64,000 nucleotides of DNA from Verrucomicrobiales bacterium (GTDB lineage Bacteria > Verrucomicrobiota > Verrucomicrobiia > Verrucomicrobiales > V1-33). The notes under the pieces were generated by a model. That model was given only the letters and a program-made list of their open reading frames with translations. It was not told the origin of the DNA and did not search any database. The DNA is taken from the NCBI GenBank assembly GCA_031411295.1, contig JANOAV010000091.1, positions 1 to 64,000 on the forward strand, in the 5' to 3' direction. Shown piece after piece: positions 10,311 through 27,500 of the stretch. Positions within the stretch are counted from its first letter, which is position 1. Every line of letters starts with the position of its first letter. Both the position numbers and the translations under genes were made by a program.

Positions 10311-10378
10311 CGTGGCGCTGCTGTCTCAGCAGCACTTCACACCCGCGTTCGTCCTGCTGCTGAGACAGCAGCGCCACG
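10311..10378. repeat. Perfect 24-bp inverted repeat of internally palindromic units (REPIN-like)
   Basis: CGTGGCGCTGCTGTCTCAGCAGCA (10311-10334), 20-nt spacer, exact reverse complement at 10355-10378. Each arm contains GCTGCTG-TCT-CAGCAGC. Confidence 0.8.
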
Positions 10379-10524
10379 TTCCTGCCCCTTCTGCAACAAC
10401 CCTTTACTTCCCCGCCTGTAGGGCCCCCCAAAATGGGGCGTTGTCAGCGAAGGGAGCCTCCCGTGCACCTACAGGCATCCGCGTCAACCTAAGCATCCGA
10501 TCCTTATCAGATATAGGATCGGGC

Positions 10525-10618
10525 GACCCGGAGGGTCAAAAGATGGTAGCCGGGGGTGACCGCGGAACGAGGGAACCCCCGGTCTATCAAGGATTCGACA
10601 CCGCCCCGGCAGGGGCGG
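10525..10618. repeat. Series of GC-rich hairpins (REP-like element)
   Basis: GACCC-GGA-GGGTC; CCGGGGGT...ACCCCCGG (10550-10582); CCGCCCC-GGCA-GGGGCGG (10601-10618). Confidence 0.5.
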
Positions 10619-10911
10619 GAGATAGCCCATGGCCAAGTCTCAATGGATTGGGACCGATTCTCGCGTCCCCAGGAGTGATTATTCCACGCTTCATGGTCTC
10701 GCAGGGAGGTGGAGCGAGGGTGTGCGCGAGGCAGTCGTGAGACAAAGCACCCAAATTCTAGACGGATGTTACTAGCGATGCTCGATCTGCGCGGGGAGGA
10801 AAATGTGCGAATTTTGGAGATCACCCTGACGAAAGCTCGGGCGCAGCCTCGCACCACCTCCGTAGAAAGCCTGCTAGCCGTCGCTTCACTACTTCTAGTT
10901 TCTTAAGCAGC

Positions 10912-10992
10912 GTAGTTTGGAACTTCAGTCCGTAAGCCTATGAGCGGCAGCATCGCGATACCATTGCTGTGCGGACTAAAGTCCGGCACTAC
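10912..10992. repeat. GTAG-type REP doublet (REPIN-like)
   Basis: GTAG-TTTGGAACTTCAGTCCG ... CGGACTAAAGTCCGGCA-CTAC in inverted orientation. The right arm contains the palindrome CGGACT-AA-AGTCCG. Confidence 0.65.
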
Positions 10993-11024
10993 TTTCCTTT
11001 TCTGACAAAGTAGAACTACACTCA

Positions 11025-17450
<6,426 letters not shown>

Positions 17451-17685
17451 AAGCATGTTTGGGAATCGGGGTCTTGGAGTATATCACGGAAATTTGAGAA
17501 AGTAGGTAAATTTGTGGCCTGAAACCGTAGCTTTACCGGTTGGGGATCGGCCCCAAGTCCGGCTGCGTGAGGGCATACGGACTGGAGCGCGATTTCTTGG
17601 AGAATTTCCGAAAAATTCACTTCGAGTCTCGGCCTTACTTGATCCCGCTCTAACGAGTCTTGGCCGTTCGTGGTTTAACCTCTAT

Positions 17686-20600
17686 TCACTGCTGCGGTGG
17701 CTTCACCTCTTTGACAGCAGCACCATGTTGCTCACTGATGATGAGGATGCCGAACTTCGTGGCATGGTCCAGTTCCTGGGTGCTGAGGCTCAGGTAGTCG
17801 AACTTTCCGCGGAGGTCGGTGTAACCGTCTTTGTAGAATTTAGGCTGGCCGTTGATCTCTGCGAAGACTTTCACGTAGGTCTTGGCGAGCGGCCGATTGT
17901 CTCCGGCGTGGAGGACTTGCAGGCGGCCTTGGGCTTCGCTGAGGACGACATTGAGTTCGTTGGCATAGTAGGCGTGGGCGCTGGTTTTGCCGGCGGAGGT
18001 GATTTCCACCAGCACGTTGCTGCTGAAGAATTCCTTGGGCAGCGGCAGGGTGTGCGCTTCTTTGTCAGCGGGAAGCACGACGCGCTCGGTCTTGTTTGGG
18101 GTGATCATGCGGAAGCGACTGGTATCGCTGCTGACAAAGGGGGCGGTGCTGAAGAGAAACTCCAGGTCCATGGGGTAATAATTTACCACGACGTCCTTCA
18201 CGTTGTGATACTTCAGACGAATCTCCCGGTTCTCCACGGTGAAGTCCAGCGTTGGCTCGGAGGCGGCCAGTTGGTTTTGACGTTGTTCACGATCATCCTC
18301 CTTGGCTCCTTCGGGCTTCTTGCCGTCGATCTCATCCAACTGCGCGATGACTTCGTTAAACTTATCCCTCCAGCGCGGCACGCTTTCCTTAGTGTGAGCC
18401 AGAGCGATCTTCCGGGCGGTGGCGGTGTCTTCTTGATAGAAGGCCAGCACGCATTGGAGATAGGCCAGCTGCAATTGTTCGGCCACCTTGGTTTGATCCA
18501 CCTTGGCGAACCATGCCAGGGCTTCCTCCACGCGATCCTGCAACAGCAGGTAATACGTGACCGCCAGTTGTTCTTCCGCGCCCAGCTTCGGCTGATGCGC
18601 CAACACGTTGAGCAACTTTTGATATTGCGTCAGGAAATGATCGTTCAGGATGACCCGATTCGTCCCCAGCAGATGCGCCCGGGCGTTGACCAGCGGGCTG
18701 TATTCCAACTGTTCGTAGGCGTAGCGTTTCACGGGATCTAACGTCACCAGCTTGCTGTTCAAGTTCTCCACCACCTCCTGCAGGAACCCATCCTGATGCT
18801 GCAGCCACTGGCTTAGTGCAGTGGTGTCATCGTGTTGGATGCTGTAAGACCAAAGTGTGGGCGCATAGACGTGGCGGGCATCCAACAGTGGGATCACCTT
18901 GCTGAAGAATGCCTTGTCCTTGCAGCGCCAGGCGACTTTATCCAAGTCCAGCAGATGCAGGTTGGCCTTGTCCATGAACGCCAGCACTTCGTCTGCTTTC
19001 GCAAACTGGCTGACATAATCCCAGGAGGTCGTGTCCAGCTTCGTCAGTTCATTTACAACGGTGAAATTGAACGGCTCAGCAAAGGCCACCACCTTCTCGG
19101 ATTTGCTAACATGAACCGGATGATGGGCGTATTTCCCAGCCTTGGGGAAATAGAAGAAATAGTCCTGGGTGTGCGTCCGGTAAGCATCGAGCGTCAGTGG
19201 GACATTGTCCGTAGGCTTGGAGCCTAACACGGCAATAGCGCCTTGGGGTATTTGCACCAGCAGGTCCAGCTTCTGTTGAGATGAGGTGGGATTTGTCACC
19301 ACCACCTGACAACCATAAACGATGCCGGTGAGGAATTCCTCGCTCACGAACTTGTCCGTCTTCTCATTTCCGTTCTGCGTGTAGCGATCTCCGTTGCGAT
19401 AGAAATTCTGGCTCACGAGCAGCTTCGGAGCTTCCTTGTCGAGTTCCGCAGGCTTGATTTCGCGATGGAACAAGAGCACGCGGTTCGTGGGGGTCAGGGT
19501 TAGACTGAGGTCCTTCACTTCCGATTTCGGAGCCTTGGCATCCTTCGGAAATGGCAGATCCAGCACCGACAACGCGAACATCATTTCGGTGAAATTTCCT
19601 GCCGCGGCACTGACGTTCGTAGAAAGGAACCCACCCTTGCCATCCCAAGCGGCATAGTCCGCCCAAAAGGCATTGGCATCCACCAGTGCAGCCAATTGTT
19701 CATGGATCCGCAAATGATAGTAATTGTTTTCCGCCCATTCTTTCGTTGGAGGTTGCTTGCGGTAGAACTCTTGCTTGCCGGGTTCCTTGCGGGCCAGCTT
19801 GTCCACCTCGGCTAATCTTTCGCGGCCGCTGAATGCCAGATCGCCTTTATCGGACATAAAATCAGCATCAGCACTGGCCTTCTCTAGCGTCATGCCTTTC
19901 AGCTCCTTCATCGCCCGGTTCGCTTTGGCGCCGGATCCCCTGCCTCCTCCAGACAAAGGCCCTGAGGCATCACCGGTCGGGGCAGCCATGGCGGCCGCTG
20001 GCGCTGGTGGCGCAGCCCCTGGCTTCATAGCCGCACCAAGTTGGAGCTGCTGCAGTTCCTCAGCTCCATTCGCGCGCCTATCGCTCAGCTCCTGCACCAT
20101 CTTTTTACCGTCACTGCGTAACGAAGAATCCCCCAGCGCAGTTTCGAATAACAGCGCCAACTGCGTCACATTCACTGGCTGCGTGTGCCACAGATCACGA
20201 ATCTCGCGAGCCGTCACGGCGGCTTGTTCCGGTAAACGTTGCCCCAGCAGAATCCGCTCCACCACATTCAGCCGACCGTAGTTCCAAGCGGGCAAATATC
20301 CCTGCATCGGTTTAGCTAGTAAATAATCATCGAGGAACGTCTTGTCCCGTTTGTTGGCATAGTAAGGCAGCACGACGGACTTGAAGAACTCCGGGTCCTT
20401 CCTGGCAATGAAAAAGCTGAGTTCATGGCAGGCATGTTGCGAGAACAACTCCTGTTTCTTGGCCGCCTCCAGCGTGGGCCAGTCCAGCACGAAGGCAAAC
20501 TCGTTCAGCGTGCCATTCTTGCTTAGGGTGCGGAAGAGGTTGAACACCGCCCCCAAATCTCCGTTCACTTCAAACTGTGCGGTGGCCGCATCCTTAATCG

Positions 20601-23600
20601 TAAACGGGGCGTCCTTTTCCAAAATGGTCACTTCATTTTGCCGTGTGAAATGGCCCTTGGGATCGAGTCCATTGCGCAGGGTGAGATCCCGCACCTTGGT
20701 GCCAGCATCCGCCAACGAAATATCGCGCAACACGGCGGAATCCCGATCCACCGCCAGAATGCGGATGAACTGACGGTCTTTCAGATCGGCTAGTTTAACT
20801 GTCACGAGGCCGCTTTTATCCGGGGTTAGGTTCCACAGCGTGGCACCGGGTTGAGACAGGAAATTCATGCTGCTGGGGCCGGAAGGATTGGCCGCTTTTG
20901 CCTTCTCCATTTCCTGTTTGGCATCGCTCATCGATTTTTTCGCCATGCGGGCGCCATTGGCAACTCCCCCGTCCGCTTGCCGCCGAAAATCTTCTCCCGC
21001 AGCCGCTTCATCCATGGCGGTAGCCGTATCCTGCACGGCCCAGGGATTCAGCAATAGGCCGGGACGCGGCAGCAGGCTGCCGGGGTATTTCTTTATCGTC
21101 CGCCGATCGAGCACATAACGATATTCCTCACCCAGCGTGCGACCGCTGAGGAACAAGGATTTCAAGCTCGCAGGCGTGCCCACCATCGGTTCCAGCCCGG
21201 GAGCTTCTCCCAGCGGGGAAAAGGAATTGAAGTCCGGCAGGAAACGGCTCGCCAGCACATGGACGCGGGCATCAGGATCGTTGCTGCCTAACTGGATCGT
21301 CAGACTGTCGGCTCCCTGCTGCACCCCGTTGATTTGCAGTCCCCGATACCCGCTGCGTTCCAGCGTGCGGGCCTCACCGAGGAGGAAATTGCCCGCTGGT
21401 TTACCCGCCGTCACCCGAATCGTGACCATCTTGGCGGGCTTGCCGTAGCGGAGCCTGTAGTCACCGGCTTCGAGGTTTTGCAGCATCAAATAGTCGTGCT
21501 TGATGCTGGCGGTCTTGTTAGAGAGCGCATCGCGCACGAACGTGCCCCGACGCATTTCCAATAGGGAAACCAAACTCGGATCCGGCTTATCGACGCCTTC
21601 CATCCAGGGCAGCGACAGGGTTTCCCCCACCGCAATGTGAAGGTTTTCCGGGGTGGAAAATTGATCTTGCGGCAGGATCCACGTCCGTGACATCCCCTGT
21701 GGATTGGTCACTTCCACCGTGGAAATTCCATCCAACTCACCGAGCGCAATCGATCCCGTGGCATCCGTCTTCAACGCGCGCGTGGTGTTCTCGGTGAACT
21801 CCCGACGATGGAATTTAAACGTGCAGGCCTGCTCCGCGCGAGGCTCGCCCGTGCGGCCGAGACACTGGACGAAGTAGCTAGTTCCCATCCGACTGAAATA
21901 CAGATCGCCCGTGTGATCCGATTTATCCAGCCCATTGATCGCCTGCGATCCGGTGGCAGAGAGATTCATTTTCTCGCCCGTTAGGAGGCTTTTCACCTTG
22001 GCCTCCAGCGTGTAGTTCAATTGCGCCAAACGTTCCGGCACCGTGAACGTAAATGTTGCCTCCCGATCCATCGTGAGCTTGAAATCCGGTGCCGACACCG
22101 TGGCATTCACGCCATCAATGTTCGTGGACACGATGGTTAATTTCACTTCTTCCAATAAGGACAAATCCGTCGGAGCGCCATTCACCGTCAGCGTGGGACG
22201 AATCGCCAACTGCACTTGGCGGCCACTGATGAGCGATTCATGCGGGACGTGGAAGCCCGCGGTGAGCCCGTAAGTTTCCCCCACCAACGTGATTTGCTCC
22301 AACTGAGCAAAGCCACCACCGTCCGTTAGGATGACCGGTTGCGGTCCGGGTTGATTGGAAAATGGCAGTAATATTTCGCCCCGTTCATCGGCCTTGAATT
22401 CCTGCGCGCCCACCAATGCCGTGGCCTTGGGCATCGGTTGCAGCGCTTCATCCAAAATGATGAGCGCAGTGCCCGCACTGCTGGGACGGGTGACGTAATG
22501 CAACTCGCCCTTGCGGATCAAGGCTCGGCTGGACTTCCCATTACCGATGAAATCCACCATCCATACGCCGCGCTTGCCCGCGAGTTGCGGGAATTTGAAA
22601 TTGCGTGGCACCCGCTGGATCGGGGCTTCGGCGTATTCCACGGCTTGTTGCACATTGGCAATCAAGCCGTCCAGATTCAAGTCGGTGCCAATTTGCGTCC
22701 GCATGGAGCGGTAGAAATTCAGGGTGTTGATCTCAAAAATACTCGCGCTCAGTTTCGGCACATTTTTCACAAAGAGATCCAGACTAACCTCAGCGGTCGG
22801 CAGGAAATGGTCCGGATTGGTGGCGGCAAATTCCAAGTCCACACGCTCCCGCAGCGCCTGCACCGCAGTCGGGGAAATCAGAGAAAACCATTTCTCCGGA
22901 TCGCCCTGGGCGGTGGTGAGCTTGGCTTCGGCTAGGATAGCGTTGAGATAACCTTCTTCAATATAGGGCTTATAGGTCGTATAGGTCTTATCTTCGCCAG
23001 CCAGAAAATGCAGCAAATACGCCCGCACCACAGGTTCGTCATCACGGATCGGCTGGCAACCAAGGGCCGCGCTGGGATCATTGTTCAAGTCCACTGCGTG
23101 GCGGAAGAGTTCTTCATTTTCCCGATACTTTGGACTCACATAACCCACATGCTTGGGGAGTTTGAGGTAGGCCAGGAAGCGCTCGGCATCCAATTTTCCC
23201 AGCTTCTGATCGTGTTTCAAGCGCTCGAAAAGAATCTGCGCTTTCAGCGTATTGAATCCTGGAGTGAGATCCTTCACAAACTTATACGCCGCATCCAACC
23301 ACGCTTCACGTGCCGCCGGGTTCGTCTCCAAATTAACGTCCGCCTGCGGCCGAAGTTTCCCCAACCACGTCTGCACGAAACCACCGGAAGTCATTAACTC
23401 CGGCCGCGCCTTGGCCATTTCTGCGAGCTGTGAAACGAGCAATTGCCCATGAATCGGGAACTCTCCAAACCCACGCGATTCCTTGGTCTTCAGATCCTCC
23501 AAGATCAGCGCCACCAAACCTGCTGCATCCGGTCGCATCACCTGTTGCAACAACGCACGACGCTGCACGGGACTCAGCGCCACTTTGTTTTGCAACAAAT

Positions 23601-24093
23601 ACTCAATGCCTGCTGGCGTCAGACCGATGAGTTGATTGGGATCGCGCAGCGCTTGCTGCAGATAGCGCTCCATCTCGATTTTCTTGGGATCCAAGACTGT
23701 GGGCAGGTCCGGCTTGGGGTTGAGCGTCTGCTGGGCGTGATTGAATTCGACATGCAGGGTATCGCGTAGATACTTCAAGGTCGCTGGCGGATCCGTTTCA
23801 TAGTTGAGCAACGCCTGCCGATGCCGGATTTGCTTCAGCAAGGGCGAGTGCTCATTCCGGGCGGACCATTGCGTCATCAGCGCTTCCAATTCCGCCTTCT
23901 TACCGGTATTTTGGTAATGCAGCGCATGGAAGAAATAATAGTCTTCGGTGCCAGCAATCAACTCCTTCAGAATCGCCCCACGATCCTCCGCGAGAGCAAA
24001 TTTTTCAATGAAGCCAATTTCTTGAGCGGCACGCGCATCGTAAGCAAAGAATGAATACATGGCCAAGGTTAGCAGGAGCGAACGGGTTTTCAT
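17686..24093 (-). CDS. Very large secreted protein, copy B; tandem paralog of 11025..17450
   Basis: Collinear and highly similar to copy A end to end. Start set at ATG 24093 (MKTRSLLL) by homology, not 24432. Confidence 0.6.
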   Translation of the reverse strand: MKTRSLLLTLAMYSFFAYDARAAQEIGFIEKFALAEDRGAILKELIAGTEDYYFFHALHYQNTGKKAELEALMTQWSARNEHSPLLKQIRHRQALLNYETDPPATLKYLRDTLHVEFNHAQQTLNPKPDLPTVLDPKKIEMERYLQQALRDPNQLIGLTPAGIEYLLQNKVALSPVQRRALLQQVMRPDAAGLVALILEDLKTKESRGFGEFPIHGQLLVSQLAEMAKARPELMTSGGFVQTWLGKLRPQADVNLETNPAAREAWLDAAYKFVKDLTPGFNTLKAQILFERLKHDQKLGKLDAERFLAYLKLPKHVGYVSPKYRENEELFRHAVDLNNDPSAALGCQPIRDDEPVVRAYLLHFLAGEDKTYTTYKPYIEEGYLNAILAEAKLTTAQGDPEKWFSLISPTAVQALRERVDLEFAATNPDHFLPTAEVSLDLFVKNVPKLSASIFEINTLNFYRSMRTQIGTDLNLDGLIANVQQAVEYAEAPIQRVPRNFKFPQLAGKRGVWMVDFIGNGKSSRALIRKGELHYVTRPSSAGTALIILDEALQPMPKATALVGAQEFKADERGEILLPFSNQPGPQPVILTDGGGFAQLEQITLVGETYGLTAGFHVPHESLISGRQVQLAIRPTLTVNGAPTDLSLLEEVKLTIVSTNIDGVNATVSAPDFKLTMDREATFTFTVPERLAQLNYTLEAKVKSLLTGEKMNLSATGSQAINGLDKSDHTGDLYFSRMGTSYFVQCLGRTGEPRAEQACTFKFHRREFTENTTRALKTDATGSIALGELDGISTVEVTNPQGMSRTWILPQDQFSTPENLHIAVGETLSLPWMEGVDKPDPSLVSLLEMRRGTFVRDALSNKTASIKHDYLMLQNLEAGDYRLRYGKPAKMVTIRVTAGKPAGNFLLGEARTLERSGYRGLQINGVQQGADSLTIQLGSNDPDARVHVLASRFLPDFNSFSPLGEAPGLEPMVGTPASLKSLFLSGRTLGEEYRYVLDRRTIKKYPGSLLPRPGLLLNPWAVQDTATAMDEAAAGEDFRRQADGGVANGARMAKKSMSDAKQEMEKAKAANPSGPSSMNFLSQPGATLWNLTPDKSGLVTVKLADLKDRQFIRILAVDRDSAVLRDISLADAGTKVRDLTLRNGLDPKGHFTRQNEVTILEKDAPFTIKDAATAQFEVNGDLGAVFNLFRTLSKNGTLNEFAFVLDWPTLEAAKKQELFSQHACHELSFFIARKDPEFFKSVVLPYYANKRDKTFLDDYLLAKPMQGYLPAWNYGRLNVVERILLGQRLPEQAAVTAREIRDLWHTQPVNVTQLALLFETALGDSSLRSDGKKMVQELSDRRANGAEELQQLQLGAAMKPGAAPPAPAAAMAAPTGDASGPLSGGGRGSGAKANRAMKELKGMTLEKASADADFMSDKGDLAFSGRERLAEVDKLARKEPGKQEFYRKQPPTKEWAENNYYHLRIHEQLAALVDANAFWADYAAWDGKGGFLSTNVSAAAGNFTEMMFALSVLDLPFPKDAKAPKSEVKDLSLTLTPTNRVLLFHREIKPAELDKEAPKLLVSQNFYRNGDRYTQNGNEKTDKFVSEEFLTGIVYGCQVVVTNPTSSQQKLDLLVQIPQGAIAVLGSKPTDNVPLTLDAYRTHTQDYFFYFPKAGKYAHHPVHVSKSEKVVAFAEPFNFTVVNELTKLDTTSWDYVSQFAKADEVLAFMDKANLHLLDLDKVAWRCKDKAFFSKVIPLLDARHVYAPTLWSYSIQHDDTTALSQWLQHQDGFLQEVVENLNSKLVTLDPVKRYAYEQLEYSPLVNARAHLLGTNRVILNDHFLTQYQKLLNVLAHQPKLGAEEQLAVTYYLLLQDRVEEALAWFAKVDQTKVAEQLQLAYLQCVLAFYQEDTATARKIALAHTKESVPRWRDKFNEVIAQLDEIDGKKPEGAKEDDREQRQNQLAASEPTLDFTVENREIRLKYHNVKDVVVNYYPMDLEFLFSTAPFVSSDTSRFRMITPNKTERVVLPADKEAHTLPLPKEFFSSNVLVEITSAGKTSAHAYYANELNVVLSEAQGRLQVLHAGDNRPLAKTYVKVFAEINGQPKFYKDGYTDLRGKFDYLSLSTQELDHATKFGILIISEQHGAAVKEVKPPQQ

Positions 24094-24425
24094 AAGCAAT
24101 ATTTGGGAATCGAAAGTGGCGGAGTTTAGCACAAGGACTGGGGGGAAACTAGAGGTAAATTTCCGTTCTGCCGAGGACGTCCCTATGGGAAACGGGGCAG
24201 AATCGAGTTTCTTGAAACTTTGTTGGAATTTCCGTTGGCGTAATGTCAGCGACGGGTTTGGCGTGATCATCCTGTAAAATTCAATGTGCGACGCGAAGGC
24301 CGCAGGACGAATTTTCCGATACTTTGGGAGATTTCCACTTAGAAAATCCCTAGCCATCTGCATCCTGTAATAGCCATGGATTTTGAGACCATTTTCCCTA
24401 CCCGTTTCCGCCGAGCATCTCCAAC

Positions 24426-24499
24426 GTAGCACAGGTTTGCAACCTGAGAGGATCGGCCCGCTGGGCTGCTCAATTTAAATCAGTCCAGCGGCCGGATCC
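24426..24499. repeat. GTAG-type REP unit followed by an imperfect hairpin; possible 3' structure of the TPS operon
   Basis: GTAG-CA-CAGGTT-TGC-AACCTG at 24426-24446. GGATCGGCCCGCTGGGCTG (24450) pairs with CAGTCCAGCGGCCGGATCC (ends 24499), 16/19 matches, 13 nt past the TpsA stop. Confidence 0.55.
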
Positions 24500-24512
24500 G
24501 TATGATTCAGGC

Positions 24513-27500
24513 CTACTGCAATTTCTCGGCCGCTTTAGCTTCCTGGGCCTCTTGGGCTTCGCGCTCGCGTTTCTTGCGTTCCTCTTCGTCCTTGTCTTCA
24601 TCGGTGGAACCACCGCCGCCGTAGCTGATGATTTCGACGGTTACGAGAGATGGCAGCACTTCCGGGTCCTTAGGGGGCGGGGGCGTTGCAGTGGTTGTAG
24701 GATTGCTTCCGGAGGGTTGCGGAGGCGGGGGGGGAGCGGCTGCTACGCTTGGCGCGCTAGGGGCAGCCACGGCGGGCGCTCCGCTGGTGGCTCCTCCCGC
24801 TGCGATGTTACCCGCGTTGGCAATCACCGGTGCAGCCAAGTTGAGCGTTCCGGCGGAGCGGATGCCAGCATCGCCAGCGTCGATCTTACCAGCCACGGCA
24901 ATCAAGTCCACGCTGCCTGGGGCCAGCCCTGCCACGGTGGCTAACACACCGATACCACCACCGGTGGCCAAGCCGGCAAGGTCTACTTTAACATCGCCAC
25001 TTTGTGGATCGATGATGACACGAGTTGGCGGAGCGCTGGCCACGGTCTTGGAGGCGGAACCGGCTGCAATGTCACCGGCGGAACTCCAGATGACGATATT
25101 GCCACCACGGAGGGTGAAAATCCGGGAGATGCCGAGGTCAACGTTGCCGTTGGTGAAGACGGAAATATTACCCCCACCTTCGGTGATGATCCCTGGAGGA
25201 GCGAGTGGGGTGCCAATCACGCTAGTGGCAAGGGTAAGTTTGCCGCCAGGTGAGAAGATGGAAATGTCCCCACCGCTCTTGGTGCGGATGTCCCGGCTTT
25301 GGGTGGTGACATCGCCCTCGGTGCCAGCATTCGGGAAGAGTGAGGCAATGGCGGCCAAGCCTGAGGCATAGGTGCCAGCGTTGGGGCCGACGGTCAAGTT
25401 GTGCTCGCGACCGGAGTCACGCAGCAATTTATAGAACACTTCCAGGGCGATCCGGTGTTGCTCTTCGACTGGCAATGAAGTGAAGTTCCCACCGGTCAGG
25501 CTGGGGAAACTAGCGGATAGTTCCGTCTGGTATTTTGCCAGATTGGCAGCGGTGACATATTGCGCGATGAAGCCATCGAAGTCCAGTGTGCTGCTTTCCA
25601 AGCCAGCGGCCGAGCCGATCCCAGCACCCACGATGACGCTGGCGCCAGCGAACGGCAGGTTCGGATTCCGCGCATTGCCGATACTGGTGATGCCCGTTCC
25701 GGTGCCGTCGTTCAAGCTGGCCCCAGTGCCGAGATCAATGTGTCTGCCAGCCAGCACTTCAAGCGTGCCGGGGCCGCTGATTTGCAAGTCGCCCAGCTTG
25801 GGCGTTTCGCCTGTAGCCAGGGCATTGCCGCCGGTCGTAGCGCTGATTCTGAGCGGGGCCGTGGCGTCATAAGGAAGGATATCGCGCCCCGCTGAGACGA
25901 GCGAAACATCCTGAGTGCTGAGATTTTGAATGTAGAAGGAAATGTCTCTAACATCTCGTCCAGCAGTAATCCGTGCCGCCTTGCCAGTGAATAATTCCAG
26001 ACCGGAAATATCGCCCGTTCCGGCGTAGAGATAGACTGGCTTGGTGTCGCCACTGTGCAATGGGCCTGCGGCGTGGAGGTTTTGTTTATCCGACAAGTTT
26101 TGCACGATGGAACCACTCTCAGCAAAATGGGCTGCGATGAAATCCAGCAGGTTTGCGGGCGTGGCGCGCGCGCGGGTGGCAACGCTGAAATTGCTTCCCA
26201 GCAGGGCTTGGAAGGCATACGGAGAACGCTGCCCGGGCAGCGCATCGGGATTGGAATCCGAAAGATTGATCGTGCTCGTGGTCCAGATATTGGCATTGGT
26301 GCCCGCATCGAAACCAGTGGCTTGCAGGCCGTTAATGGCACTGGCGGCCACCAATTCAACGGTCCCGGCAGGAGCAGGAGCGAGCGTTAGGCTACCCTGC
26401 AAATTGACATTGCCACTAAAGGACGTGGCCTTGAGCGTGCCGGGCAACAGGCTGGCGGTAATGCCGAACACACCGACATCAGCTTCCACCACTTTCAACC
26501 AAGGTTGATAGCGGGAAACGGAGTTATCGGTTAGTTTGTTGATGTTTTCAAACCAGGCCTGGAGCACTGGCACTGGCGCGGTGCTGTTGGCGGTGGTGAC
26601 TTCGGTGCGCAGAGTTACGTTTCCAGTGAGGGAGGATGCTGTTACGGAACTCTTGCTATCGTAAGTGTTGAAATACGTTTTATACCAGTAAGTATTGCTG
26701 TAGCCCTGCGGTAGCCAGAACGGATTGACCGTTGGCCCCAGCAGCAGATCCTTGCGGGCGGAAACATCAAAGCCACCTTTCCCAAGGAATAGAGCGGTTG
26801 GCAGCCAAGTCCGGCTGTCCTGAGGCGCTTGACTGATGATGCTACCCAGGGAGGGAGTGCGAGTGGAGTTGGTGGTGATTTCCCCGGAAGCAATGAGTCG
26901 GCCCTGACCACGTTCCACATAGTAGGCACCACCATCGATGTTGCCGCCAGCATTGATCGTCACATTACCCCCACCTAGCTCGATCAGGGTTGCGGTGGAG
27001 GGTGTGGTTTTCGTCATGCGGGCATTCGTGGGAGCCACCGCATCGACGTTCTTGATATTGCCACCAGCCACTAAACTAACGTTACCGCCCCCAAGCGCGC
27101 CCACACCTTCAAAGAAGTTGCTGTAGTCCACCCACCAGCTCGTAGAAGCAATTTCGTTATTCCGTGACAGCGCGAAGTTGCCATTGGCATCCAATGCGCC
27201 CCGGCGGTAGAGCCAGTTGTAAGGAAGTTCACGTGAGGAATCATCGATCAACGCTCCCGCAGTATTTTTCGTTAGATGCTTGATGTCGCCCTGGGCGAAA
27301 ATGCTGATATTGCCACCGGCCAGGGCATACTGCGGAGCATATCCCGGGCTTTGCTGAATTGCTCCCAAGGCCCCTTGGTTTCCACTTAGACTAATGACCG
27401 GAATGTCGAATTGTCCGCCCATGGTGGCATCCACCACCTTGGTGCCTGCGGTGTAAATGGTAGCGAATTGATTGAGTAACTGGACATCGCGCGCGGCGGC

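Noticed and set aside
10300..11000. CRISPR array, tRNA, or the 161-aa ORF 10255..10740
   Set aside because: The repeats are inverted and mutually unrelated, with no repeat-spacer periodicity or cloverleaf; the ORF is simply translated palindromes.
17512..18741. 409-aa plus-strand ORF and its broken counterparts at 11064-11807
   Set aside because: Antisense shadow of the large gene; interrupted by stops in the other copy and has no recognisable motifs.
24094..24432. 113-aa N-terminal extension of copy B
   Set aside because: Homology to copy A and the signal peptide both begin at ATG 24093; the extension is promoter-like sequence.
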